Source: Dudresnaya verticillata
Lineage: Eukaryota
Direction of reading: 5' to 3'
Length of the DNA: 64,000 nucleotides
NCBI GenBank assembly: GCA_977862235.1
Contig: OZ374566.1
Span: forward strand, 620,001 to 684,000
Under the pieces are notes generated by a model. That model was not told the origin of the DNA. It made no database searches and saw only the letters and a list, made by a program, of their open reading frames with translations. Shown one piece after another: positions 10,601-21,618 of the stretch. A program made the position numbers and the translations under genes. Numbering within the stretch: the first letter of the stretch is position 1; every line of letters begins with the position of its first letter.

Positions 10601-12085
10601 GGATGCTGGAGCCTTGGACTTCACAGTAGAGACCTCATCGATATCAGATTCTTTGCGAGAGTCCTTGTTGGGGGCCCTCTCTCCCGTTTCCGATTCGTTC
10701 AGCTTGTCCAGTTTGACGCGAATTTTCATCCCTTTCGGGTCTGTACCTGTGTCCTTCTTGTCTGGTTTGCTGCTCTCAGATGCTCTGTGCTCCTTCGCTC
10801 TGTCTCGTGCACGGCTCTTGGACCGATCCTGAGGGGGTTTGAGGAACACACGAACCTTAACGCCCCCATTTTCGCCTCTCCCACCCCTTGACTCCTCACT
10901 CACCCGTGCCTTTTTCCTAGTGTGTCCATCGGCTGGGGCTTTGCGAGTTCGAGCAGTGGTCGAAGCATCCTTCCCCCGTCGGTCCTTATTATCGCTATGT
11001 CGCTTCGGTTTCTTAATTGTCTCTTCGTCTGAGTCATCGGTCAAACTGGCAAGGTTCACCTTGTCAGCTTGTCCAGCGAAATTGTTTCGGCTGTCCGGTG
11101 CTGCATCGGCAAGAAGTTTTGAAGACGAGGATGATGACATTCTTCTCCTCTTCTTCGATCCTTTTTCGTCTTCGGCCTTGGCTTGATTGCCCGTGGCAAC
11201 TGCAGAGGGAGCTTCCGCACGCGGTGCCGGAATGACCTTCATCCGCATTTCTTCAGGGACCTCGTAGTCGATCTCGTTCATCCATTCATTGAAGATTTCA
11301 GTGTCCTGGAGCCATCGCATTTGTACATGCCAGGGACCTTCGTCATCTTCAGGTGGGTCAGGACCTCCGTCTACATCTTCTCTTGGGATCCATGCATCAT
11401 AGGAGTCCGGATAGTACCACCAATGGACGAGGGCCAGCTTTTCTCTCACCTCAAGTGGGCGACAGTAATCCGTTCCTTCTGTCTCAGCTGCAGTAGAACC
11501 CTCTGGGTCGGGGTAGACTATGTGCGTGGCTGCAGATGCGGTCGACACTGTGACGCCACGTTTCTGAACAATCGCACGGAGGGCAGGTTGAGCGGAGGTC
11601 GGCACGGTGCGGGCGAAGAAAACTCTAACCATAGGGAGCTTCCTGGACTGCTTGAGATTCTTCTCAATCCTGAGTAGCAAGTCGAAGTAGAGCTGCCGTT
11701 TATCGAGATTTGCAAACTCGAGGCGACGAAGACCGTGTAATGCTTTGAAATTAAGGCAAGCGCACAACATGATGTCGAGGGCACCCTCCGGCGCATAATC
11801 CATGAAGAGCTTGTGTGGGAATTTGGTTATCCGCTTGTACTGCGGATCTGCATCTCGGCCAAGGGCATTCTCAACAAAGTGGCGCAAGTTGCCCGTGAGT
11901 AGTGACAACGATCGTGGCGTTACGTCAACAGAGTTGAAGCCGAGTTCCTCTTCGGGGCGAGCATGAATGGCAGCACAGATGTCCGCGAAGCGCTTGTGCA
12001 TTTGCGCCTCGTCATAATCGCGGGTGTTAACCGAGGCCGACTTGACCCGGACGGTGGGGGCGGGCTTGGCATTTGCAGAAGTCAT
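7637..12085 (-). CDS. SMARCC: SWI/SNF core subunit SWI3/SMARCC (BAF155/170-like)
   Basis: Chromo-like LVHWWYYPDSYDAWIP, SWIRM (WFRMDAIHDIEKRSLPEFF...RVHAFVEYWGLINY), ZZ finger (CDAC...YHC...LCPSCF), SANT (WSEAEVMLLLEALEKYGDDW), PF..SANPVMAQVAFLASSVDP, coiled coil, Q-rich tail. First plausible ATG at 12085. Confidence 0.95.
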   Translation of the reverse strand: MTSANAKPAPTVRVKSASVNTRDYDEAQMHKRFADICAAIHARPEEELGFNSVDVTPRSLSLLTGNLRHFVENALGRDADPQYKRITKFPHKLFMDYAPEGALDIMLCACLNFKALHGLRRLEFANLDKRQLYFDLLLRIEKNLKQSRKLPMVRVFFARTVPTSAQPALRAIVQKRGVTVSTASAATHIVYPDPEGSTAAETEGTDYCRPLEVREKLALVHWWYYPDSYDAWIPREDVDGGPDPPEDDEGPWHVQMRWLQDTEIFNEWMNEIDYEVPEEMRMKVIPAPRAEAPSAVATGNQAKAEDEKGSKKRRRMSSSSSSKLLADAAPDSRNNFAGQADKVNLASLTDDSDEETIKKPKRHSDNKDRRGKDASTTARTRKAPADGHTRKKARVSEESRGGRGENGGVKVRVFLKPPQDRSKSRARDRAKEHRASESSKPDKKDTGTDPKGMKIRVKLDKLNESETGERAPNKDSRKESDIDEVSTVKSKAPASQKVKQTEHRKESATPAEKDSGAKSDSGAAMSKSAPKQSAIEEVPTEDVGQEHKRPFSRRRSKKKERRQHNRMSGVSTVDDAVPMPEGDVPRIRNISNEGADVATNRAGSTLDKDGNSSSEVEEEAVNANGTMETEGQRVMEKTKTTTAGDENAMDIDTAPGSGRAIAISERVLSGGGSNAPVSGADVVEALPPVTVRLPAHARWFRMDAIHDIEKRSLPEFFNSRGESKTPMVYKKYRDFMIDVWRQAPEKYLTATAARRHLAGDVCAILRVHAFVEYWGLINYGTDPENKPYLSSSIRPRNGRARPLQMDSIIPDRLNGVPRLLFFDDPRPPRRENAPVSLQKAVRSAKEKTMKERNKVLSRRELYATAAATKYECDACGKDCSRMRYHCVGNADMELCPSCFANGKYPPTFSARDFEQLTTVLSSEAYDGTVWSEAEVMLLLEALEKYGDDWNQVQTHVASKSKDQCVLQFLRMPLEDSFLEDQIGNWEHGEGGENVEDSRQEGNASGEHRFAGPLLPFHDSANPVMAQVAFLASSVDPEVAAAAAQAALNKIMADSDQKAKAAAEGKTERAKALLQTKDNRQAQPALENGTRPATQPSNGSNLGTLPGSQLDGVAVEAAAAVGLAAAVARARHLLEAETRDIEREFAVAVETKMRAVDLKLKEIDRLDSHMRRERERLEKHRQQVFVERVDASIIRVGSEVQTVGRPPQGGIASSGHTQGAQQVYAAGPQNATRPPTVPSALHMQQGAVQHGPSHGLQRPVQSQYSSIPVQQGNVPVRRGAAPMLQSGLPMQQSASASQQGIPNLHGGVHSQRGGFAGSQGGLPLQQSAVTMQQDGSGIQRGAAAMQQSGAVPLHPGAAIGMEQGTGAPVQQSTGATMQQTTGVAMQQAAGVAMQQGGLGVHQNVAAMRHVAMMQHHAAVHRQQSGIAYQANQMGLQSAAVPVQPRPVALQPGPTQADAQAGSAGTQTNGVPMNTSLAPSNKQQ
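7904..7990. repeat. 24-bp coding tandem repeat (about 3.5 copies) in the SMARCC Q-rich tail
   Basis: ttgctgcatggccactcctg(c/t)ag(c/t) units encoding MQQxxGVA-like octapeptides. Confidence 0.75.
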
Positions 12086-13007
12086 GACGGGCGACAAAGT
12101 ACTGCGGGTGTACTGGCAACGAGTGCGGAGGTACACGAGGCAGCGATGCGGTGGCCGGGGTTGTGGCGGCGGGAGCTTGGCCCAGGGATAGGTGGGCGGG
12201 TCACGCGGATCAAAGCGCACAGGCAGGGCAGGGCTGGGTCGAATGCAGACCAGGCGAGCTCGAATGCTCCCGCGCAGAAGATGCAGCGGCGGCGGCGGCT
12301 CAACACAGACCGAAGCGCGGCGATGCGGGGCGTGTGGGGAGCGGCGCGGCGCGCGCAGGAGGAGCACTGTGCGCGCGTGGCGTGTTGGCGCGTTTCCTGT
12401 TCGGTTGCGAGCAGACGAGGCGAGGGCGCGCTGGGGCGCGCTGGCATGGTGGCGCGCGCTGCGTGAGACAGGTCCCGCGCAATTTGGCGTTTTGTTCCAG
12501 CGCTTTGCTGCCGTCTGCGGGCGGATTTAACTGAATTTTTATTCCGCTTGTTCCCCGCGGCCGACGACGGCACTGAGCCCGGCAGCTACCGTTTCGCGCC
12601 ATGCGCGTACCCGCTACTACACGTGTAAAGGCGGAAGGGTTGGATTCCCCGGTGAGCATAACCATCGCCACGCTTGCTTGGTGCGCCCGACGAGTTCCGG
12701 CACGTTTGACCTAGCCACCTTTGGCGATCCACGTCACTTCCTCCGCCGCAGCTTGGCACAGCGCGTGAGTACACCGGCACATCCGCTACGGACGAGTGGA
12801 GCACCACTGCGAAAGGTGTGAACGCCGTAGAACGGAATCACGGTGCAGTGTCTACCCCAACGTCGCATCCACAAATCACTGTTCATGCACCGCGTGCAAC
12901 CGCGCATCACCCGCGGACCTTACGCCTTTTCTTCGATAGCTCCAGTATCTCGGTTCCGTCGCACATCACCACTGTCCGCCTTGTCTTCTCGCCCGCTCTG
13001 CTGCAGG

Positions 13008-13757
13008 ATGACTATGGCTCCAATTACATTTGTCACCGGCAACCAGAATAAACTGCGAGAAGTCTCGCAGATACTCGCGTCTGATCCAGACGCAGAGTCC
13101 TCCATTACTGTTGTCGCAAAAAAGGTGGATCTGCTAGAGCTACAGGGGGAACCCGACGATATTGCTCTTCAAAAATGCGCTCTAGCAGTCAAAGACGTCA
13201 AAGGTCCAACGGTACGCTTTCGTAACAGAATCATTTGCATCGCATCGCGTCGTCATTGCCTCCAGAAGGCCCTGTTTTATTCATCCGTGGTTGTTTCGAC
13301 GAAATCCGCAACCTGACATTCCCCAATCCCATGATTCGCGACCTGCGTGGACCCTAATCAGCTCGTTGAGGACACTTGCTTGTGCTTCAATGCATTGGGC
13401 GGCCTCCCAGGGCCGTATATCAAATGGTTTCTGGATAAGCTTGGCCATGATGGGCTCAACAAAATGCTCGTTGGCTTCGAGGACAAGTCAGCTTATGCTC
13501 TTTGCACATTTGCGTACTCAAGTGGTGCCCCAGATGAAGAACCGGTCGTCTTTTCGGGGCGTACGCCTGGTCGCATCGTTCCGGCGCGTACTGCTGGTGA
13601 TGGTCCCGCTTTTGGTTGGGATCCAATCTTTGAGCCGGACGGATACTCACAGACATATGCTGAGATGGATAAGAAACTCAAAAACTCCATCTCTCACCGG
13701 TCAAAGGCTCTGAACCTTGTCAAGCAGCACCTCGAAACACTTGTGACCAAGCAGTAA
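13008..13757 (+). CDS. ITPA: Inosine triphosphate pyrophosphatase (Ham1); exons 13008-13211 and 13362-13757
   Basis: [52 protein letters not shown]. Intron 13212-13361 (GTACGC...CAG), phase 0. Start may be 13014. Confidence 0.95.
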
Positions 13758-13884
13758 ACACATAGCGGCCCGCTCTTCTAGAGCTCATGCTCGTGCATCG
13801 AAATTAGTCCAGGTCGTCCATGGCAGAGAGCCATTGAATGCATTACCGCTCTCGGTTCAAGCTTGACAATACGTAGGCCAGGCT

Positions 13885-14757
13885 CTACAAGAAACTGCTC
13901 CGTGCGAAGCTGATAATCGCCTCGACATCCTTCGTCGCAGCAGAGCCGGAAGCGAAGCTAACAGGCCCTGGAGCGTGGTCAAACGAAAACGACTCATTCT
14001 CATACCCGAGCTGAGCACGTTCTTCGTCCGCTTCGACTGCGCCCTGGTTCCCACTGCCGTCCGCAGCAACTCCAGCCGATCTCAATGTGGAGGTATTCGC
14101 AGCTCGCGCGCGTTCCAGTTCGGCCTCAAGCCGCGCCTGTACTGCAACCGTCTTCGCTGGGTTGGGGGCGTCGGACTTGTTGCAGAATATAAGCAGCGGG
14201 GTAGCGTGTTCGGCGACAACCGGGTCGGTGAGGACATCGTATAGCAGCTCCGCGTCCTTGCGGGCTTGCGCGGTGAAGCGCTGAGCATCAACCACCAGAA
14301 CGATGCACTTTGCCATCGAAAGGTAGGAGCGAAGGTTATGACGCAGGCGCAAGTGTCCCGGGAAGTCGATCCATCGCAACGCCGGGCTGGACTGCGAGGT
14401 GCCGTGCGGGATGAAGGTCTCGTCATTGACGGCCATAGACGGCACCGTGCCGTGCTTCGGGAGCGTCCCATCGCGAAGCATCTTGAACAGGGCAGTCTTC
14501 CCCACTGCTGGGGCATCGCTCTCGCCGGAAATGCCCAGGATTAGCACTGCATTGCGAGTGTCCCGCTTTGCGACCACAGCTGTGAGAACAAAGCCGAGGA
14601 TCGTGATTGTGAGAGTGAGCAGTGTGAAGACCAACGCGTCAGCGACTGAGGAGTGTGGCGGAGGGTCAATGCCATAGTCGCTGAGCTTTGCGGCAACAGC
14701 AGCTGCAGCTTTTGTCAGGTGCGGGCGTAACAGCCCGAGATGCTCCTCGAAGACCAT
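13885..14757 (-). CDS. SRPRB: Signal recognition particle receptor beta subunit
   Basis: N-terminal TM helix followed by an Arf/Sar-like GTPase: GKTALF, TVPSM, DFPGHLRLR, LLIFCNKSD, LEAELERAR. Confidence 0.9.
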   Translation of the reverse strand: MVFEEHLGLLRPHLTKAAAAVAAKLSDYGIDPPPHSSVADALVFTLLTLTITILGFVLTAVVAKRDTRNAVLILGISGESDAPAVGKTALFKMLRDGTLPKHGTVPSMAVNDETFIPHGTSQSSPALRWIDFPGHLRLRHNLRSYLSMAKCIVLVVDAQRFTAQARKDAELLYDVLTDPVVAEHATPLLIFCNKSDAPNPAKTVAVQARLEAELERARAANTSTLRSAGVAADGSGNQGAVEADEERAQLGYENESFSFDHAPGPVSFASGSAATKDVEAIISFARSSFL

Positions 14758-15609
14758 CCGATTGCTGAGGCGGGTGGCTTGAAGAAGCTGGCGCAAATCT
14801 TCTCCTAAGAGCCAACGGGCACTCGGGTCAACACCCTCGATTCAGATATGATATCGATGTCCTCCCACGGTAGTGCAATACTTAACAAACCCAAAAGGTA
14901 CAGCAGCTAGCGGGTGAGGTCTGATGTGTGAAGAAAAGAAGCCAGAAAGGCACAGGTGACGGAGAGTTGATTGTGTTGCACTCCAGCCAGCAAGGCTGTG
15001 AATCGCAGAAATGTCATTATGCTACCCATTAAATAACCTATGGCAGTCATCTGCGATGTTGTCGGAAGCCAATTGCTACTCCGGAGAGCGTTGATCCGGA
15101 TTATGGAACGGATCCAGATGGCATCGCAGCCATTGTCGATTTGTTATGGTCCAGAGATGTTCTCCAGAGAAGATGCGGATAAGAGGATGGATTATGCCAT
15201 TACAGTCCCTTGATGTAGCATTCCGGAAGACATATTTGATGCTGCAGATGCTGCTCTTGCTGCTCTATGCTCTTATGTAGAATACCTGATTTCATTGGAC
15301 CTCCGCACGGCGAGCTCAAGCCCCTCAAAATTTGGCCACGCAGCCCAAGGTAGGCGACCATTAATTCTGGCCGGATTGGCCGCAATGTTCAGTTACACTG
15401 GACTGTTACACCTTCCAATTTCTGATCTCCACCGCATGAGCGAGCTGCAACCACACCCAACAATCAATCGCCTGTGCTTCCTTCGCCTTCGCTTCACCCT
15501 CGTCCCTACCTTTTGACCTTCGCTTGACCCATCCCGTACTACCACCGCAACGCGACGTCCACATCCACACGCACATCCACACCCATACTCACAGATCCTG
15601 CCCCCGACC

Positions 15610-16503
15610 ATGAGTGCCTTCGTCCCACCGACCCCAGTCCGTGTCGCTGCCACGGCGCCGGCGTCCATCTCCGCCACGCGCTCCACCTTCGTGTGCGCCC
15701 CGTCACGCGCCGTCGCGCGCGCCACCATCCGTCCGCCGGCCCGCCTGGCGCGCCAGACCCGCACCACAGTCACGTCCAGCCTGGAGGCAGATGTGCGCGC
15801 AGACCTCGGAGAGCTGTACAAGACCACGCCATGCATGCCGATCATGGTGCGCCTCGCGTGGCACGACTCGGGCACGTACAATGTGAAGGACGGGTCGGGC
15901 GGTGCCAACGCCTCCATCCGTTTCATGCCTGAGAAGGGGCACGGTGCCAACAACGGCCTGCAGATCGCCATGGACTTATTGGAGCCGATCAAAGCCAAGC
16001 ATCCGGAGATCTCGTACGCAGATTTGTACCAGCTTGCATCTGTCGCTGCCATTGAATTCGCAGACGGCCCCAAGATTCCGTTCCGCCTAGGCCGTCGAGA
16101 TGCCTCCGCGGCAGATGTCACCCCAGACGGAAGGCTTCCCGACGCGGACAAGCGAATGAACCATCTTCGTGAAGTTTTCTACCGTATGGGTCTCAATGAT
16201 GCCGAAATCACCGCCCTCAGCGGGGCGCATACCCTCGGTCGCGCCCACGCGGACCGCTCCGGCTTCGACGGACCATGGACAAAGGCCCCTGTTGTATTCG
16301 ACAACTCGTACTTTGTTGAGATCCTTAAGGAAAATCCGGACCCAGACCTACTTCGCCTTGCCTCCGATATGGCGCTTCTGGATGAGCCAGAAACGAAGGC
16401 CCTGTGTGACAAATATGCCGAAGACCAGGACGCTTTCTTCTCAGACTATGCTGCTGCTCACCAAAAGCTGAGCGAGCTCGGTTGTTTTGTGCAGGTAGCG
16501 TAG
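15610..16503 (+). CDS. APX: Ascorbate peroxidase with plastid transit peptide
   Basis: CMPIMVRLAWHDSGTY distal site, ALSGAHTLGRAH proximal His, DRSGFDGPWT, FDNSYF; MSAFVPP transit peptide. Confidence 0.95.
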   Translation: MSAFVPPTPVRVAATAPASISATRSTFVCAPSRAVARATIRPPARLARQTRTTVTSSLEADVRADLGELYKTTPCMPIMVRLAWHDSGTYNVKDGSGGANASIRFMPEKGHGANNGLQIAMDLLEPIKAKHPEISYADLYQLASVAAIEFADGPKIPFRLGRRDASAADVTPDGRLPDADKRMNHLREVFYRMGLNDAEITALSGAHTLGRAHADRSGFDGPWTKAPVVFDNSYFVEILKENPDPDLLRLASDMALLDEPETKALCDKYAEDQDAFFSDYAAAHQKLSELGCFVQVA

Positions 16504-18242
16504 GTTTTCACAGCCGAAGAATCGGAGGTGTTTTTTCTTTTTTGGGTAAAGACTTCTACATAGACCCCCTCGCCGCATCTTCTTCCTCTTTTGGATTCCT
16601 TAATATGGACAATTGCTTTAAATCTACCATGCCCAAGGCAACTCTTTCAGCTGAGGAATCACCGTGTCTGCCTCGCTAGTGTAGAAGTGTTTCGCTCTGG
16701 CTGAGGAGCGCAGAAGCTTCGCGCCAGCATGTGTCCATGTGCTGTACAGGAATGACCAACTATTTCTCAACACGTAGAAGATCCGGCTGTGCGTGTGCAA
16801 TGTATACGGTTTACAATGTGGTAGGATCAGTGCAATGCTGCTTCTTCATAATCTGCTTAAAATGAATCAGTGGAAACTCCGCAGCCACATTTCTAGCTGG
16901 TTAGTGGAACTAGTTCAGAGTCCGAACACATTACAACTGCGATGAATGCGTCACTGGCAGTGGCATCACATATTTGCTCATCCCTTCCAGCCTGCTGTTC
17001 TTTGCGGGGGTTGCTGGAGCAGAATACAACATATCCCGCAGATGTTCTTGCGGGGTAAGCGGTTCGATTTCCACCTGCGTGGCAAGGGTCCATTACCTTC
17101 GTCCATTAGCTCTACACTGCGCTTTTGCAGGCAATCCCCTTTGCTCCATCCGAAACAGTAGAGATACCAGGTATTTTTGCAGTGCTGTAAAGCATAGACT
17201 ATTGAGCTCGAGAGCGGCAGGGGGTGCTTGGAGAATCCCCCCACGTTAGAGGGCTTTCAGGGCTACAAATGAAAATGCCAGGAGCTCAAACTGCTACAAA
17301 CCATTCGGGTATCATTTCAAATTAGGTAAATGACTTGCTTTTGGGCGTGGAACACAACTCAGTCGCACCTTCAGAATAGGGTTCGTCCGCCATTTTTCAG
17401 TTCTCATTCAGTGGTCTTTCTTTACCTCGCAGCATTTTCAGCTACCTTAAAGCAAAAAAGTATGACCCACATGTCAAGCTCCTTTGTATATATGCATGCA
17501 CAAATTGAAGTTGCGACTAAGATGATTGACTCCGTACAACTGCTGGCGGTCAAGTGAGTGGGCAAAGCCATTGAAGTCTCGCTTCTGCAGGCGGTTCCAC
17601 TTAGAAAACACACTGGAACCGATTTTCGCGATACCGTTGAAGACGGCAGAGGAAAAATTACACAATAGAATACAACGAGGCATCAACACAGACTTAAGCT
17701 GCGAGTTCAATTTCACATTTCATTGCTGCTTGCTTCCTCTTTTCGTTCCGGCGCATTTGTGCAATGCTCTGCTGTAGCCAATATCGTCAACGATAGCCAA
17801 CAAAACCGTAACATGCGATAGTGCATACTGTTGATACGTATGGGGATACCCTGGGTACATGAGCAGTGGCCAGCGGTGTCCATTACGGAAGTGATGTTTT
17901 TTTTTTTAATTGTGGTGTTCCTCCGAGGAGCTTCCTTCAAAAGGGGTAGTTAATCGTTGTTCGGTTGCAACACAGAGTTGTCTGCTATGCAGGGCATCTA
18001 AACAGAGAATGCGCATACTGGCGACTTATCTTTTTCCGATTGAAAGGCACGTGTAGATGTTCATGCCGTATCCCTTCGGGATACCCCAGAGCAATGTCAC
18101 TATTGTTAAAGTTTTTAGGAAAACAAACATCCCTCTGCAAGAGAGGAGAGAGTACGTGCTCGTTGGGTGATCACTTCCCTTATAATTCACATTGGCAGAA
18201 ATGGAGCTTTGAAATAGCATTCGAGCTAAAGCTATCGTTTAA

Positions 18243-18402
18243 AAATGTATTCAGGTTGGCAGCGCAACCGCGTTGCTCTTGAGAATGTATCCAGGTTGGC
18301 AGTGCAGCCGCGTTGCCCTTGAGAATATATTCAGTTTACCACTGCAGCCGCGTTGCTCTTGAGAATGTATTCAGGTTGGCATTGCAGCCGCGTTGTCTAT
18401 AG
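18243..18402. repeat. Minisatellite, 4 x 40 bp
   Basis: Units begin at 18243, 18283, 18323 and 18363; consensus gaatgtattcaggttggcagtgcagccgcgttgctcttga; no spacers. Confidence 0.9.
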
Positions 18403-19195
18403 ACGGGCACTGCGAGCAGGCTTTTGACGTCAGCGCCCTGAGAGCAGCTCCCCGAGAGCAACGCTGGGTCCTACAACTGTACAGTACCCGTACTCAAACT
18501 CTTATAAAAAAGTCTGAACATTACATACCGCGGCGCGGAATTGGTTCAACAGATCGCCTCCCGATTGGCTGTATTGGAGACAGTTCGAGACAGCTGTGGT
18601 ATGGCTAAACATTGATTGAAGTCGCAAGTTGACTGCTGGAGGTGGGAATAGGGCCAACGAGACCGAAGTGTTTGGGAAAAGTAGATTGAAGTCCTGACGG
18701 GCCTGACATTGGCTTATCGTCCAATTGGCTCGGCAGCTGGCCCCAGGTGAAAATATCTGGGATATTAAGGGCCAAAAATTGCAAAACATATCCAAATTGA
18801 AAGGTTTCCGCACGGCTCTCCACGTCGACAGTCAGTCATCATTCGCCTCCCCGCGCGACAGCAGGATCCTTACGCCGCTGACAACGCCCGTTCACGGAAT
18901 GAGGCATTAATGCAACTGGCTCGTCGAACCGCGAGTGCTTGAGACCCCCAGAATCGCCCAATTCACCCGTGTTCTCGACCCGATCCGACTGGAGCCTACG
19001 TTGTAGGATCCTGCCAGCCCCTCCACTCACTGACGTCTGGAGTGTTCGTGCTGCCATTTCTGAAAGATTCTTATAGCTGCATTCGACTCGAACGCATTTT
19101 GCCGCGGCGATCGGTCCATCTTCTCAGTCCCCCTTTTGGAGGTTCGATCTTGTACGGCTTCGATCCTTACATTTTCATCTTCACTACCCGTCGAG

Positions 19196-20659
19196 ATGAA
19201 CTCTTTTGTCTTGTTCGCTGCCTTCGCGGCGCTCTTCCTCACCGTCCGCGCCGACGATGACGTAGTGGTCGGTACTAAGGACAACTTTGAAGCACTCATT
19301 TCCAAGGATGACCTCACCCTTGTCAAATTTTTTGCCCCGTGGTGCGGCCATTGCAAGAAGATGGCTCCGGACTTCCAGGAGGCAGCTACCGAGCTGAAGG
19401 GCAGGGCCGTCCTGGTCGATCTGGATGCTACCGTGGAGAAGGAGCTAGCCCAGAAGTATGAAGTAAAGGGCTTTCCCACTCTCAAACTCTTCTCCAAGGG
19501 TGAGGTCATCTCTGACTACAAGGGTGGTCGCACGAAGGAAGCCCTCGTCAAGTACATCGAGCGTGCCCTTCTCCCCAGTGTCACCAAGTGCGCTGATGCC
19601 GATGCCGTTGCCGCCTTCGTCAAGGAGAACGCTGGCAAGACTGTTCTCTTCGGTGCTGCCCTTGACAAGTTGGCTTCAGAGTACAACAAGGCTAGCATGT
19701 CCCTTCGTGATGTCATGCCCGACTCGGTTGCATTCGGGATCGTCGACGATGTCGCCCTCGTGAAGGATTTGTCGGACAAGGAAATTACCGCCGACTCGAT
19801 ACTTCTGATCCGTGACGATGAGTCTACTGAGGTCTTCACTGGTGAGGCCGAGGGCCTTGAGGCTTGGGCCAAGATCAACGCCCTTCCGCTCTTTTCGGAG
19901 CTCAGCCGTGACAATGCACAGCTTTACACTGAGCTTGACAAGCCGGTTTTCATCCTCTTCCAGGACCCGGAAAAGAAGGACAAGCAGGTCAACGAGGACG
20001 TCTCCGAGGTCGCCAAGAACCAGCGCGCTGTCGGTGCTTTGGCCTTCGTTTGGATTAATGGTGTTGAATTGAAGAGCTTCGCTGAGCATCTTGGCGTCGG
20101 TGAGAAGGATCCGGCCATCGCACTGTATGACTTCAAGACTGATACGAAGTATGTCTACGGTGAGGAGTACAGCGTAGAGAGCCTCGGCAAATGGGTGCAG
20201 AGCTTTGTTGATGGCAAACTCGACGCGACTACCAAGTCCCAGGATATTCCAGAGAAGAACGAAGAGCCGGTCAAGGTGGTCGTTGGCAACTCGTGGGCCG
20301 ATATTGTCGAGGATGAGACGAAGGACGTCCTCATTGAGCAGTACGCTCCGTGGTGCGGACACTGTAAGAAGCTTGCACCAATTCTTGATGAGCTTGCTGC
20401 TGACCTCAAGGACGTCGAGACTCTAGTTATTGCCAAGATGGACGCTACCCAGAATGATGCACCCGCAGAGTACAAGGCACAGGGTTATCCGACACTTCAC
20501 TTCTTCCCAGCCGGTTCCAAGAAGGGGAACCCATACGATGGTGGCAGGACGAAGGAGGATTTCGTGAAGTTCTTCAAGGAAAACTGCACTCACAAGGAGG
20601 GCATTGAGATTTCAGAAAAGGACGGTGAGGACAAGGAAGACGAAAAGGAAGAGTTGTAA
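19196..20659 (+). CDS. PDI: Protein disulfide isomerase (a-b-b'-a')
   Basis: Signal peptide MNSFVLFAAF, two APWCGHCK motifs, acidic tail ending KEEL. Confidence 0.97.
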   Translation: MNSFVLFAAFAALFLTVRADDDVVVGTKDNFEALISKDDLTLVKFFAPWCGHCKKMAPDFQEAATELKGRAVLVDLDATVEKELAQKYEVKGFPTLKLFSKGEVISDYKGGRTKEALVKYIERALLPSVTKCADADAVAAFVKENAGKTVLFGAALDKLASEYNKASMSLRDVMPDSVAFGIVDDVALVKDLSDKEITADSILLIRDDESTEVFTGEAEGLEAWAKINALPLFSELSRDNAQLYTELDKPVFILFQDPEKKDKQVNEDVSEVAKNQRAVGALAFVWINGVELKSFAEHLGVGEKDPAIALYDFKTDTKYVYGEEYSVESLGKWVQSFVDGKLDATTKSQDIPEKNEEPVKVVVGNSWADIVEDETKDVLIEQYAPWCGHCKKLAPILDELAADLKDVETLVIAKMDATQNDAPAEYKAQGYPTLHFFPAGSKKGNPYDGGRTKEDFVKFFKENCTHKEGIEISEKDGEDKEDEKEEL

Positions 20660-20890
20660 GCTACGGTGAAGCAGTCATTCAGCAGTCGTAGATGATGTAA
20701 ATACCCTTCTACGTTGCTACGTCGCGAAATGTGTGCCCAGGGGAACAGTTTACAGTATATACGCTTACAAATAGGGAGCTTTGTTGCCTTGAACTCGGGG
20801 TGCCCTACGAAGCACCCTGGTAAGAACTATAGTGAAGACGCATGCAACGTCGGTTAATGGCGAGGCCTTGGTAGTATATAAGCACGCAAG

Positions 20891-21406
20891 TTAATGCTGG
20901 CGTCGTCTAGGCCTCACTTGCGTGAAGCCGTCTTCGTCTATGACTTGTTGTTGGGCTCCTTGGGGCCGAGTTTGAGAGCGTGTGACTGGACCTGTCTGCG
21001 CAGCGTATCGTCCTTCGTCATCAGAATCATTGGCGCCTTCCAGGCTGGCCTGCACTGCTTGGTTGGAAATGCCAGCCTTCTCCACGAGCTCTGTGGCAGG
21101 GGCAAAGTTGCCGGCGGCAGCAGCGTCGCGAACTCTGAGAATCTGGGTGGCAACTTCTTCCGGACTACCGTCTTCAATATCAGCGTTTACCTTCTCAAAC
21201 ATGGAATAGAAAAGATCAGTGTAGTCATCATTTGTATATCTTTTGGAAGTGCTTGTGGCCATCTCGGTAGCAGCTTGTAACAGTTGGTTGGCTTGATATG
21301 GAGCGCCGTTGAACTGATGATCGACGACAAGCTTCAATGCTGTCCAGCGTTCGAAAATGGCGCGAATCGCGATTGACACGGCCTGCGTCGCATTCTCAAA
21401 CTGCAT
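20891..21406 (-). CDS. TSR2: Pre-rRNA processing protein TSR2
   Basis: IFERWTALKLVVDH and DIEDGSPEEVA motifs, C-terminal DEDGFTQV plus basic tail. ATG at 21406. Confidence 0.85.
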   Translation of the reverse strand: MQFENATQAVSIAIRAIFERWTALKLVVDHQFNGAPYQANQLLQAATEMATSTSKRYTNDDYTDLFYSMFEKVNADIEDGSPEEVATQILRVRDAAAAGNFAPATELVEKAGISNQAVQASLEGANDSDDEGRYAAQTGPVTRSQTRPQGAQQQVIDEDGFTQVRPRRRQH

Positions 21407-21618
21407 GTTGTGGTAGTGTGGAGAGCGCCGTCCCGACTGCAGCTGGCAGAGGCACAGGGTGCCTTCGCGTCGGTTGACACGGCTTTGCAAACCACGAGTT
21501 GCGTTAATAACGTGTTGAGAGGCTGTACTGGCCTCCACGGCGAGAGGAAGCTGGGAGGCTCGACGGTTCGTAAGTACCGTAGATCAAGATTAGAAGCAGG
21601 GCCTTGAGAGCTTCAAAA

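Noticed and set aside
18243..18402. CRISPR-like array
   Set aside because: Units are contiguous with no unique spacers, there are no cas genes, and the context is eukaryotic.
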